This document shows, one piece after another, positions 51,301 to 64,000 of a DNA stretch of 64,000 nt. Source of the stretch: Ginglymostoma cirratum (lineage: Eukaryota). The position numbers and the translations under genes were made by a program. The DNA lies in NCBI GenBank assembly GCA_024137785.1, contig JAHRHZ010000068.1:2366928-2430927 (forward strand), in the 5' to 3' direction. How positions within the stretch are numbered: position 1 is the stretch's first letter; the number at the start of each line of letters is the position of its first letter. Below the pieces are notes generated by a model, which saw nothing but the letters and a program-made list of their open reading frames with translations, did not search any database and had not been told where the DNA came from.

Positions 51301-54300
51301 TGATAATCTTTATAAATTATGTTCTTGAGTCATGATATAACTAGCTGTAAAACATCATCATTACAGCTGTCAAAAAGAGACGACAAACAAAGCCATTTTT
51401 GAATCTTGAGATTTATTCCGACAATCTGAGCTTCTTCGGATATTAATTTGTATATTCACAGCAATTTTGTCTTTAAAATTAATCATCTATTTACAAGGAG
51501 TATTCCACATAAATTTAATTGTTAGAAGTGGGTATATTGTGGGCAAAGTCAAACTCAAAAATAGACAAAGTATCTGCTTATTTGAAATGAAGATGAGGCA
51601 ATAATACCTTCTAGTCCCCAGCCTTGCCTTAATTTGTTTTCTAGTTAACTGAAAGCAGAGCATGCAGAAAAATAGGTCTAATTTATAAAGATATCGTTTT
51701 GAAGTGGTTGTGCTCCTTAACACCATTGAGATTGCAGTTTGGAAGGAACATCAGCATAGTAAACCCTACCATTCATTACACAATTCAAAAGGAAACATCT
51801 GGTATACAATGGAGTTTTGAATACCGAGGTTGAGATCAGACTCAAAACCCTGACTATTTCATTTAAAATAATGAAAAACTCTCCACTGCAAAAAAATTTT
51901 GCAGCTTTGTAAGCAGCACCATCCTGTGGATGACAAAAGCCTATACATGTGACCAGCAAGAAGAAATGAAAAGCAATACTTGGTACTGAATGTAGGGCTA
52001 AATGTTTGCCAGTACAGACAGCAGGAAACAAATATCCATTAATGAAGGAAGAATGATATTGGGGTGCCTTTACTGATCAATAAGGAGTTCTTTAATCAAG
52101 GTTAGCGAGATGAACATGTAATCAATGTACTAAAGCAAATGCTGGAGTGCATTGTAGAGCATAGTTAATTTTAACTGTTTGAAACTATCTTATTTTTTCC
52201 ATAATTAAGGATGATAATTGAAGATCTCAAGCGAAGTTTGTGCAATGTCACTTTTAAGAGAAACAGCATGATTGTTAATTGTTAGAAGGCTTTTATTCTG
52301 TCAGAGAAAGTTTAGGACCATTCAATAAGGGTGAATTTATGAATCAAACAAAATAAATGTCTTCAATCATTTTGGCATATTAATGGTGACAGAATGATGT
52401 TTCGTAAGGAAACTCCAGCAGAAATAGCTCTTGCAACTTATGCACCTTTAAGTGCTTCACTAGACATTCTAAATACTTTGTGAACCCGCTTCTGATTTCC
52501 TTGCTGAAACCACACAGGCCCATTTTGTTTCTGTTGGCCATTGGGGTTGTAGATGAAAGTTTCCTGGTTTAACTTTGCGATTACATTTCAGGCAAGCTCT
52601 TGCTTAAATATAAAATAACCTGCAATCAAGTGAGGCACTTTTAAATTTCAAACACTGTTATTTCTGCATGTTTGAGACCATGCTTTCAATTTTATTTTGT
52701 AGTCATCACTGCTGTAATGCAGAATTCTACCATGTTTTACCTTCTCCTGCGTTAGAGTAAAACCCTGATAGATGTTGGCCCTTCCTGTCCCACTTTCCAA
52801 CTCTTCACTTAGCTCAACTCAGGAGCAGGCATAGACTTTTTCATACCATGCCATTTTTATTACTGAGAAGCATGATCAGCAAAGACAAGAATCAAAGAGA
52901 GTCAGCCTACCAGATATAACTTATACTATTCAAATCCTGAGCACAGGCATTGGCTATGGAAGAGCCTGAACTTCAGAGAGCTGAAAACGAGAAAAAACAT
53001 CCCTTCAGAGGTCCACATGAAAAAATATAAGGAGCACAAAAGGCAGTTATTCTCAGGAGTCTTCTCTTCATGACTTAGGATACTAGCACACTTCAGTTTT
53101 ATCTCAGCTAATTATCAGCAGCAAAGTTAATGTTTACAATAAATGAGATTCCCCCTTCCTGTATAACTGAAATCTCCAGGAAGATTAAAGCACATTTTAA
53201 TTTAGAATAATAATTGCAGAGTGCAAATGAATATTTACTTTCTTCTCATTAACATGAGGTTTATCCAGGAGCCAAGACTTTTCTTTCTATCTATTGTGCT
53301 CTGCTCCTTCTAAGTACTCCTCAGGATCAATGTTACAGAACATGGCTGCCTCCTCATGGGGTTTTACAGAAAGATCATTGGGCTAAGGTAGTCCTCATCA
53401 CTCAGAGGCTGGTCCTGGGCAATGATATAGCAATGGCTGCATCTCAGGAGGGTGCATGTGGATAAGATAGTATCATGCCCCACATTCCCCTCGCATAGTA
53501 TTTACTTTGTAGTGGAGCACAAGGCCAGAGATCTGGCATATGCTATTCTCTTGACTGATGACAGAATGGACTCCAGCTATCACTGCTCTACTGAAGTCTC
53601 ACTGATCAATGGAATATCTATTTCATGGTAGTTATCAAACTCTTAAAGCCATGTAACATAGCAGTCTCCTGCTCAGAAAGTTGTGATTCCTATGGGGTCC
53701 AATCTGCACCCTATTGTCATGTTACAGTTGTGTTTCCTGAGATGGGGGGTGCACTATGTGGTCTCCAGCAGTATCTATCTGGCTAGCTGTTGAAGAGGTC
53801 AATTTAACTGATGCTTGCATTGGTGCATGCAAGGAAGATAAGGTATTGTCACAGGTGAAACAGTGGACTCAGCAATCATACATGTTATTCACTCTGCATC
53901 TTAAGTGTATATTTTTAAAGCCTACTTGCAATGCATTATGTTCAAACATTCATTGCAATCACCTTAAACGGGGTTCGGTGAAGATGTGAAGTTGTGAAAG
54001 CCTGTTTCCAAAAAGTGCAGATTATCTTGGTGATTAGCGGGAGAAAATATGAATTGATAATGTGGTCAGTGTATTCATTTGCCACCTCGATCAATTGTCT
54101 GAACTTCTGGCTGCACAGTTCTGCACTCCTGTGATTGAAGGAACAGTTTCTTAATCGCAGTGCAACCTCTCATTAAGAATCATGGATTACATTGATAGGA
54201 AGTGTCTGTATGATCAGCCTTTCATCTCAAATGAAAGATTGAGGACTTCCACTAAATTCTGTTGGCTTTGTTATGAAGATAAGTTCATGGGCTGACTTGC

Positions 54301-55619
54301 TCTTACTGAGTTAAAGATAGTTGAAGGGCATTAGGTCCTTAAAATGTTTTCATAAGCAGCAATAATTAATTTGATTTTTGAATTACCATCCCAGTATTAG
54401 AAGACTGAGTACAAAATTAGCAAACTTCTATACAGTTGTTTGAAAGACATTGCTAAGAATATCTAATGTCATAAAAATCCATTGTCGAAGGAGGATAAGT
54501 AGATGAAAATGGTCAAACATTCTGTGGAACAACATTGATCCTTTGGCATCAGAGTAGCAGTGTAAATTAATATATTATCTGCATATTCTGAAATTCTTGC
54601 TTAGAAGAAATTTGAACAGAATTCCCTGCCATTCTTTTGGACTGTACTTATCATTTTTCACTTCCCACGGCAATTAGGTAGATTGAGGAAATTTTATGGT
54701 ATTTCAAATTGTACACTCCCCAATAGAGGTTCTGCTCAATAAACCAAATAGCCCATTTATGTTCTGTAGTTTACGACCAGATTTGGACTTACTGTGCTTT
54801 GTCTATGGTTTCCAGAGATTAGTTTGGGGGACTTGACATTAACCATGAACTGATTGGATTCTGGTTTATCTTAGAAATTAAGCTATCAGGAAGTTTCATT
54901 TGGCCCTAGAGAGTACAGTAAATGGTAGGTTAAAGTACAAAAGTTCAATACCTTTAAACACATAACATAGCTCAGACTGACAGTGATTTCATCAAGAAAC
55001 AATGATAAAAGCAATAATGATTCTGCTGACAGTTTGGTTCAATGTTGTTTATTAAGCTGAAAATCCTAGTTTGCCTATTCTAACAAATATTTGAAGGCAA
55101 TACATCTCTCATTTAGTCACCTGTAGCTGACCTGAAATAGGTCATTTTACACAAAGCTCAAAAGATAATTGATATCCCTTATTTCAACATTAAACTCCCA
55201 TTTCCGTGACTTGTGATTTGTATAATGTGTATATAAATAAATGAATGTATGAAAGCCGAATAACTGAAGACAAAATGCCTGCTCTTTTATTAACATGAAG
55301 ATTTAATGAGCCATATCACTATGCCGAGTGCACAAAAAGCATAGGGTACAAAGGGTCGCTACTGGGCAAAGCAGCTTCCCAGTTGGCCAAACATTAGACA
55401 GGGATAACTCTGTTCTGCCAAGTTTAATTCAACAAGCTATTTCAAATATAAAAAGTGACTCTGAAGGCAACTGGATGAATTGAACATTTATTTTATAGTA
55501 GAAAACACTTAATGTAAAACTTCTTTATAATATGTGCATTTCATAGAATTTGAAAATAGAAATATGAAAGGATAAGGTCCAGAATATTGACTCTGCACAA
55601 AATGTTGCAGTACAAATTT

Positions 55620-56190
55620 TCATATGGACTTGAAACATCAATTCAGCGCCACAATTTGTGCCATCTCAAATAGGCAATAAAAGATTTTAAACGTTGCTAA
55701 AAGGAGACACAAAGTCAAAGCTACATAAAGGATATAAGGAAGAACGTGACTACATTGGAATCAGTTCAGAAGAGGCTTACCCCAATAATATTTGGAAAGG
55801 ACAGGTTGTCTCGCAAGTAAAGGCTGGACAGGCTAGGCTTGTATCTGATGGAATTTAGAAGAATAAGACACAACTTGACTGAAACATGCAAGATCTTAAG
55901 GCGGTTGATAGGGTTAGATTTGGAAATGGATTGTCCCCTTCTCTTCTAGGAGAATCCAGAACTTGTGGTCATTGTTAAATAAATAAAGGGTTAATTTAAA
56001 ACAAAAATGGGATAGTTTATTATCTTTCAATGTGTTGTAAGGCTTTGGAACTCTCTTCCTGAAAAGACAGGGGAAGTCTTTGAATATTTTTAAGGCAGTG
56101 GTAGATAGATTTATAGATTTGAGGTTACAATCCTATCAACCATGTCCTTATTAAAAGGCTGAGCAGGAATGGCATCCTTTATTTGTTTCT
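55620..56190 (+). mobile_element. Degenerate CR1 3' fragment
   Basis: ttggaatcagttcagaagaggcttacc (LESVQKR.T) and gttgtaaggctttggaactctcttcct (VVRLWNSLP). Confidence 0.75.
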
Positions 56191-57233
56191 TCACATGAAG
56201 CTATTTACCTTGCATTCATTAGGACTGAGATGCATGAAACAAGCTTGATAAAGGAGACATCAATTTATATAGCATGAGAAAATGGTGCTAATTGGTTGGG
56301 CCATTGCTGGTGTGGAGATGCAACAGAAACAGCTCGCTGTCAGTCTTAGTCTACAGAACGGAGTCTAATTGGTCAGAATGTTTCCATGGGCAATGCAGCA
56401 GCGATTGGTAGCCTCTATGATCCCTTTCTCAATGCTAAAGTTGCAGTAGATGTATGAATTCCTTATGCCTACTTAAAATAGGGTTTTGTATGTTATGTGG
56501 CTTCTAGTACTCACAAATGCATCACACTGTGAGCTTGACAGAGCTCATAAATTGGTTTTTGTTGTATTTCATAGCTCAGTGCTTATTATTTAGTAAATTT
56601 TATCCAAAAACAGAATCATGTCTAAAGTTAGATATGATGTTCTGAGGTTTTCAGGCACAGGCTGGTTGAGCTGATTGGCATGCTGCTGGCTGCAAATGGT
56701 CAAGCATGTTGTTTGATATGGCCTGCTAGCCAATGGGACATATGACCTATAAACCTGTAATCAAGTTCCTGTGCTGGAACTCATAGATCACATTACTAAT
56801 TTGTGCAGTGGGCAAAACAAATCTTTAGCTAGATGGCTGTATTTTGTTAGAGGAAATAAAACTACTACAAAGTAGCAACACGAGATAGTTGGCTTCACCT
56901 ATTGTTCAAATGCACGCAGTACTTTCCACTTCCAGAGTAATCTGAGTCAGACTTGGCACTTTCAGCACTTAATGTGATGGTCATAAACCCTTTCATAAGT
57001 TTGAACAATATGGAATGAGTGATGATTTAATCAGGGTAGCCATTATCATGCAAGATAGTTTTTCCCTGCCTTATCACAGCATCAAGCACCAAGCAAACAG
57101 ATGCTTGGGGGCCTTTTCACAAGTTTGCCAATAAGATTGACCTTGTACCACGAAAGGATCAGTCGGATTCATTGTGCGTTTATTGGCCAGTGAGTATAGG
57201 CTACTGGTGGATAGCCAGTAGAAGCATGATTGA

Positions 57234-57440
57234 TACAGAGATAGTAGGAACTGCCGATGCTGGAGAATCTGGTATAACAAGGTGTAGAGCTCGATGAACA
57301 CAGCAGGCCAAGCAGCACCAGAAGTGCAGGAAAGCTGACGTTTCAGGCAAAGAAGGGTCTAGACCTGAAACGTCAGCTTTCCAGCTCCTCTGATGCTGCT
57401 TGGCCTGCTTTGTCCATCCAGCTCTACACCTTGTTATACC
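57234..57440. mobile_element. Palindromic PLE-tail element, family A (gap-free)
   Basis: About 75-80 nt inverted arms (tctggtataacaaggtgtagagct...ctgacgtttcagg / cctgaaacgtcag...agctctacaccttgttataccaga). The centre has a truncated core aagaAGGGTCTAGACCTGAAACGTC. TSD agaagcatga(t/c)tga at 57220-57233 and 57441-57454. Confidence 0.9.
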
Positions 57441-59004
57441 AGAAGCATGACTGACAGGTTTTTCAACTAATAAATCGAGGACAGAGAGCTCAGTTGATTT
57501 TTCCAATTCAATGGTAAATTTGAGTACAGGATGGAGTTTATTAGTCTATGTAAGAAGTTATTTAATGCAGCTATGGGTTCAAATATCACAAATAAGTCAT
57601 CTACTCAACAGAAACATGCAAGAAATAGGAGGATAGAAGAGGTAGTTGTCATTTCACTGAAGATAAGCTTCTGAAAGTGTCCAAGGAAGATGTTAACAAA
57701 AATTAGACCTGGAGGGGATCAAATGGCAATGTAATTTTTTTGGGCACACATAGTGCCTTTGTAACTGAACTCGACCATGTGACTAAGCTAAAAGTCCTTT
57801 TTTTTGGATTGGAAAACCAGCGGTTAAGTGGCTTGCACACTATAACTTGATAATGGTGTTGGCGATTGCCCTGGCACATTGATAATTGATGTTGAAAAAG
57901 TTAAAATCTTTCACCAATTTTTTTTATGAGTGGGATCTTTCCACTCAGCAGTTTTATATTATCTTTGATGCAAGATTCCTTGCTCAGTTGAGATAGCAAT
58001 GCACTAACTCATTGTAAGCAAAAATTACTAGCTTAATGTTCTAATACACATGTAGATTTCTACGTACAGCAGCCCTGCGAGGCAGTTCTTAATGCTATCT
58101 ATACTTCAACATGTGGAATCCCTTCATCAGTGGCTAATACATTGCCCTAATGAAGCTCCGATTACTGAGAATGATCAATTAGGAACAAGGAATATGCCTG
58201 TCAATCAAAAAGTAAGAAAAAATATCTATTTTGTTGCACTAGACAATACAATTTGAAGTAGCACTAGTGTGAAGGACATTTTTATGCAGTCTCTGCAGGC
58301 CACTTCAATGCATTTCTCTTCATAAAATTAGTCCCAGATCACCTGCCCCAACCCTTTGTTTATTTTAGCCCAATTAATAGCACATCATTTATCATTTATT
58401 TTTTAAAAAATAATAAGCCGACTGTTAGATTAAATGGGAAGAGATGGGTAATTGTGAGATAATGAATGGAATATTTGGAATAAATATATGTGGCAACTAG
58501 ATGAAATGATTCTCTATTTGCTGAAAGTATTCAATGTGAAGTTATTAGTAACAGTAAACAAGAACTATGATGCTTTTTGAGACTGTACGTGAAATTCAGA
58601 CTTATACAACAAAGCATGTTGGACGTAGATATTTGCTATATGGAACATTGCTTGTGAAAATATCTGTTTTGAGTTCCTAATCACATCAGAAATTAAGAAA
58701 ACATGCTTATGTCAAAAAATGATTTTTGACTCTACTAGCTGGAAATTCTTAATTGATCTGTTTTTTTTAAACAGACCAAAGCCACAATTCAGCACCTCAA
58801 ATTCACAAGCAAATAATGCAGTCCATATGCATCATTGCACCTTCTGCATTCTAAAAACACTGCAATGGATACAACCTGAAATCAACACCAGGAATAGTGC
58901 TTTTGAAAGATTGGGGGTGGGACATTTATTTTTCTTTCCTCACAACTGGGTGGATGCAAATCATTAGACAAATCACTTGGACTATGGATTTAGTCAATGT
59001 GTGC

Positions 59005-59300
59005 ACTGCAATGTCCCATGAATAGCAATGTGTGATAATGACCAGGTGACCTGTTTAATTATAATGCTTGAGGGATTAATATTGACAGCACACTGGGGAG
59101 ATTTTTTCCTTATTTTTGAAATAGCACTAAGAGATCCTTTATGCCCACCAGAAAGGATAGGCAGATCCCTGGTTTAACATCACAATTGAAAGTGTGACCC
59201 TTCACCAGTGCAAACTCCCCTGATACTGCATTAGTGTGCTCGACTTCAGAATTTGCGCAGAAGTCACTGAAATGAAACTTGAACCCACGACCTCCTGACG
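59005..59300 (-). mobile_element. Deu-domain SINE
   Basis: ttgagggattaatattg, ctggtttaacatc and the antisense head acttgaacccacgacctcctgac. Confidence 0.75.
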
Positions 59301-59363
59301 AATCTCAGTTGGTTGTTGATGTAAGAAAAATCTAAACTAGGATCTCCATTCCTCCTATTACTG

Positions 59364-59532
59364 AGTCAAAACCTTGCAACTCCATTCCTAACAGCACTGT
59401 GGGTGTTCCTATAGAACATGAGCCACTGTTGTTCAAGGAGCTGACTCACGACTGCCTTCTCAAGGGCAAGTAGGGATGGGCAATAAATGCTGGGCCAGTT
59501 AGCAATGCCTACATCCAATGAATGAATTAAAA
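59364..59532 (+). mobile_element. L2/CR1-group LINE 3' end
   Basis: aactccattcctaacagcactgtg (NS.PNSTV)...ttcaagg...gggcaataaatgctgg...catccaatgaatgaattaaaa. Confidence 0.8.
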
Positions 59533-61778
59533 CAAGGATCAATTCCAAGTTCTTAAATCTTTGGAAGATTGTCAAAGAACATGAATTATGACGTTTCTGG
59601 AGATTGATCAATTCCATCTTTCTGAGTAAGAATATAATGGCTAAATGATGAGTGAGGAGAGAGAACACGAGGGGAGGAAGAAATGGGGACTCTAGTGAAT
59701 AAAAGTAATTCCTTTCCAACTGGATCCAAGAATTCTGGCAAAATATAATGATGTAGTCATAACAGTGAGTTTAAATCAAACTGTCATACTTAATTAACAG
59801 TAAAAGCTATTTTCATTAAGCTTTCAGTTGAATGCAGTCCACTGAAGTCACTTAAAAATAATTACACTGTACTTCGATTTGATGATGCATCAAAACAGAG
59901 ATTTCTTTCAGTTTAAATTAAATCCTCACAGCTCGTTAACAATAAAAGATATCTGCATCAAAATTTCAATAGAGTGGTGCACTGAAAGTTCAATTAGAAA
60001 CAGTTTCATGCCACAGTTCATTGCCATCAAAGCAGAGAATTAATTGGATAATTGACTAATCCAGATAATTGATTACCTAATTGGATAATCTGAATTTTAC
60101 GAACTAATTGATAAACTCCTGCAAATCTATATCATCCACCTCTAAACATAGCCACCTAAACTGATGTACAAACAAATATTTATCTTGATTCAAACATAAA
60201 AGAAAGTTTGTTTTATGTTTATTCTTAAAAGTCACAGCACTGAAGGGGATAAAACATTCCTTCTCAAATATACATTTTGTTGTTATCAGTCGAGAGTTAA
60301 TGAGATGTCTGTCCCTACCATTATCAAATACACAAGCAGAACACATTGGGGAAACCACCTGAATGGAATAGGCACTGCTAATAAGGTTGGTCTATTCTGT
60401 CCCTATTAACATACTTCTCAAGTTTCTGTGTGATTTGGGTTTTGTTGGACTAGGAAGTTATTGGCATTTCCGAGAACTTGCATGACAGCATTTTTAAATA
60501 TTGTAGGAGGTGCTCCATCTTGTCTTTTAGATTGCTAGTACAAGGGGGAAAAAACTCAAATATGAATGTGCACGGAATACCTCAAAATGTTCTTCAAAGG
60601 GATAGGCAAAGCTGGAAGTCATGCTGCTGTCCAAATGGATAATTTTTATTTGAAGGAAGGAAGGAAGGAAGTGAGTGAGGAAGGCAGAAATGTTTTCAAA
60701 ATAGAACTAGAGTTGTGGTGGAACTGCTTAAACAAGTGCTCAAGGAGAGAACAGAAGTGTATTGACCCTTCTGAAACATTCATATCATTAAGAAGAATAT
60801 TGTAGGGTATTTTAATTGAAGTAGTGCAATTCTAAGCAGAGCACAGGGACTAGCAGGACCAAATCTTTTCTGGTGGCAGACAGGTTGAGAAGACTTTTTG
60901 AGACAGGCAGAACTCATGTATTTTCAAGTAGAGACATAAGGCAAAATGTTTGAACTGAGTCTCCAGCAAAACGTTGAGATACGCAATGGGTCAGGAATCT
61001 GATTGCTACGAGAATAGGCTTTGCTGTGTCTGTGAGTTTCTGGGTTTATTATTGGCAGTGCCCAGATAGAGAAGGCAAAAAGGTGTCTGTCAAAGGAAGA
61101 ATTTCTAATCAAAGGAATCCCAGAAGAGGACAGAATAGCTGAAGCAAACATGGATTTCAACAAGTATGGAAATGAAGACAAGATGTAGGAAGGATGCCAC
61201 AAGTTTCTTCAATGTTACCTGAAGGGCCTGCTGCAGGGATCTGACCTGAGAGATTGCAATGTCGTACATTCTATCAAGGATTATCACAGAAGTTTTAGGT
61301 GACAGTACGTAGGACGGTCTGGACAAACTGTTAACTCTGAATGCATGACAAATGTCAGATCCAGGGAGATGAGTGAAACTCTGGGATAAGATATCTTAAC
61401 GACAGAGTTGTATGCGAGTTTGAGGGATTGGAGTGACCAGGACCTTCTGGAGGTGTACAGGAGTCTGCATCTAGCAAGGAAGGATATTATTATCGTCATA
61501 TACATCCAGAAAGCGGAAATCAATGACTGATTTCACTCTTAAAGTGGATCATCACATTCTTTTCCAAGTGATCGCCAATTGAGGCAAATCTACTCTGGAG
61601 TTGTTGAGGCACACTGACCAAAGTGATACACAACATCTCTGAGAATCTGATACTACTCAGGGATGCAGTTACCTGTTTGCAGAACATGGGGTAGGGACCT
61701 ACCTTTTAAACCTAAACTGGGAGACCTGGCAGATATCAACAGAATAATATACACCTACAGTCAACACGGTTGGCTGGA

Positions 61779-62370
61779 TAACAAGGTGTAGAGCTGGATG
61801 AACGCAGCAGGCCAAGCAGCATCAGAGGANNNNNNNNNNNNNNNNNNNNNNNNNNNNNNNNNNNNNNNNNNNNNNNNNNNNNNNNNNNNNNNNNNNNNNN
61901 NNNNNNNNNNNNNNNNNNNNNNNNNNNNNNNNNNNNNNNNNNNNNNNNNNNNNNNNNNNNNNNNNNNNNNNNNNNNNNNNNNNNNNNNNNNNNNNNNNNN
62001 NNNNNNNNNNNNNNNNNNNNNNNNNNNNNNNNNNNNNNNNNNNNNNNNNNNNNNNNNNNNNNNNNNNNNNNNNNNNNNNNNNNNNNNNNNNNNNNNNNNN
62101 NNNNNNNNNNNNNNNNNNNNNNNNNNNNNNNNNNNNNNNNNNNNNNNNNNNNNNNNNNNNNNNNNNNNNNNNNNNNNNNNNNNNNNNNNNNNNNNNNNNN
62201 NNNNNNNNNNNNNNNNNNNNNNNNNNNNNCCCTTCTTCATTTTCTGAAGAAGGGTCTAGGCCCAAAACGTCAGCTTTCCTGCTCCTCTGATGCTGCTTGG
62301 CCTGCTGCGTTCATCCAGCTCTACACCTTGTTATCTCAGATTCTCCAGCATCTGTAATTCCTACTATCTC
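61779..62370 (+). mobile_element. Palindromic PLE-tail element, family A, spanning a gap
   Basis: The left arm ataacaaggtgtagagctggatgaacgcagcagg... is the reverse complement of the right arm. The core CTGAAGA A GGGTC TA GGCCC AAAA CG TC at 62244-62271 has G12->A. TSD gttggctgga at 61769-61778 and 62372-62381. Confidence 0.88.
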
Positions 62371-62570
62371 AGTTGGCTGGAAGGCTGATTTGTGATGTAG
62401 AGTGATGCCAGCAGCATGGGTTCAGTTCCTGCATCGGCTCATGTTACTGTGAAGGACTCTCCTCCTCAACCTCCCTCCTCACTTGAGGTGTGGTGACCAT
62501 CGGGATAACCAACACTCTAATGAGGGAGAAGCCCTATGGTCTGCTAGGACTATTATGATTTTACCTTTTT
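62370..62570 (+). mobile_element. tRNA-derived SINE interrupted at its A-box by the palindromic element
   Basis: cagttggctgga...gggttcagttcct (B box)...ctctaatgagggagaagccctatggtc. Confidence 0.7.
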
Positions 62571-64000
62571 CTGTGAGAGAATGAGGTCATACGTGCAAGG
62601 GAGTGGTGGCTATATGCTTTGGACAATGCAGCTTTATGTCTGCTGTGTCATCATTTACCAGATTACATGCACTTGTCTGGGTACACAACAGCCTCTCAAA
62701 GATATCATAGATGTAATGAATGCTGATCTTTTGATGGGTGTCCCATGAGCAGTGGATTGTTCCAGGAACCATGTGCTGTAAAATAGCAATAGAATTGGAC
62801 ATAGTGGATGTCACAGGGACAGATTAGATAGTTACGGAGGCATGTTTGTTAAGATATGATGAGAAATTTCACTGGGCAAGGATTCATTCAATTTACCTGC
62901 TTATTATTGATTTACTAGTGTATAATGAAGCTATACAATTTCCATCCATCCAAATCCAATATGGGGTCAATTAAAGTTTATTTGCCAATTTTCACAAACA
63001 ATCATTTCTTGGAATGAAACTTTAGTTCTCTCGTATTTTGTGAGGGGAGACAGCTGAGGACCATTACCCTATCTTTGTTGTCAACCTCCAAAACCTCATT
63101 TCTGTGACCCATGTTTTGTTGTAAGATTTTATGCCCACATCAATGAGCTTCAGTTTAAGACAGATAAATCTTGTAGAAGGCAAGATCAAGAATTGCCTTC
63201 AGGCTTGAGCTTCTTTTCAAAACTTTATAAAACATATTAAGAACCAACACCACAAAAATGGTATTCAGAGATTTACCAGCTTCTCATTTTATTGTTACAT
63301 TATCAAAAGACTATTTAATTAACTGTTCAGCCTAATACCAGTAACCTGACTTCCAATGCTTCTCTGTTCTCTCTCTCTTAACTCCATCCACACTCTGTTA
63401 TTTATGATGAGTGAGGAACAGCTCCATGACATGATCACGAAGTTATCCCAGAGTCCTAAAACCCCTATGTAAATATCCCCACCCCATGGAATCCCTCCTA
63501 ACACACTACCTGTGGCCCGAGTTACTCCTCACTCCCAGGGTTCCAGTGGCTGTTGATCCAGCAGTAACCAGGACCTCCCTTAAGACACTGCCATTCAAAA
63601 GAGCTGCCTGCTTCGGATTAGCCAACAACTCTCAGTAGATGAGATTTTCGGTCCCAGAGTTGATCCTAGGAAAAGCTTGCTAATTGTCACAAGTCCCTGA
63701 CTGGCACTTAAACCAGCTGTCCTTCTCAGAAAAGGCAATGGAGGACCCTTGCTAGCTCACTCACCAGCAGGTGAGACCCCTGTGTCCTCAGAAGAGGATG
63801 GGAGTAAATTAAAGAAGTAATGAAAATGTCAAAATATCATAAAATCAATCATGCTGGTATGTAGGCAAACTTGGCATTTATTTTCAAGCACTAAGAGTTT
63901 ACAAATAGCAATGAAATAAACAACCGAGTATAACTGTTTTATTGAAAGACAAAATGTCCACTGGTACCCTACTACCCTGAAGTTTCAGCCTGGATCATGT

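Noticed and set aside
53756-53989. Gypsy pol-like peptide (EDKVLSQVKQW)
   Set aside because: Single weak motif with no supporting integrase or RNase H residues seen.
63170-63720. Possible minus-strand LTR (also LTR-like texture at about 17770-18720 and 23830-24950)
   Set aside because: Termini, TSD and PBS/PPT could not be fixed by eye.

Overview
AT-rich, repeat-dense, gene-poor vertebrate DNA, most likely a shark. That is inferred from HE1-type V-SINEs, Deu-domain SINEs, several CR1 LINE families and a C-rich Penelope-like element (PLE). The window has three fixed 400-N gaps and no intact protein-coding gene. The only host-gene sequence recognised is two (possibly three) minus-strand exons of a classical short-chain dehydrogenase (SDR) that looks pseudogenised. 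The strongest signal is a PLE system: one 5'-truncated RT-coding copy (46753-48333) plus at least seven short non-coding copies in two tail families. These carry a minimal type-I hammerhead ribozyme motif (CUGANGA-A-helix II-GAAA-CG-UH), are often fold-back palindromes, and mostly have about 9-14 bp target-site duplications (TSDs). Their truncation or fold-back junctions cluster at the ribozyme core. There are also RTE, Rex1/Babar, L2-like and LTR-like remnants, a 16/48-bp minisatellite and several enhancer-like non-coding blocks. Family names come from recalled motifs, not database searches.
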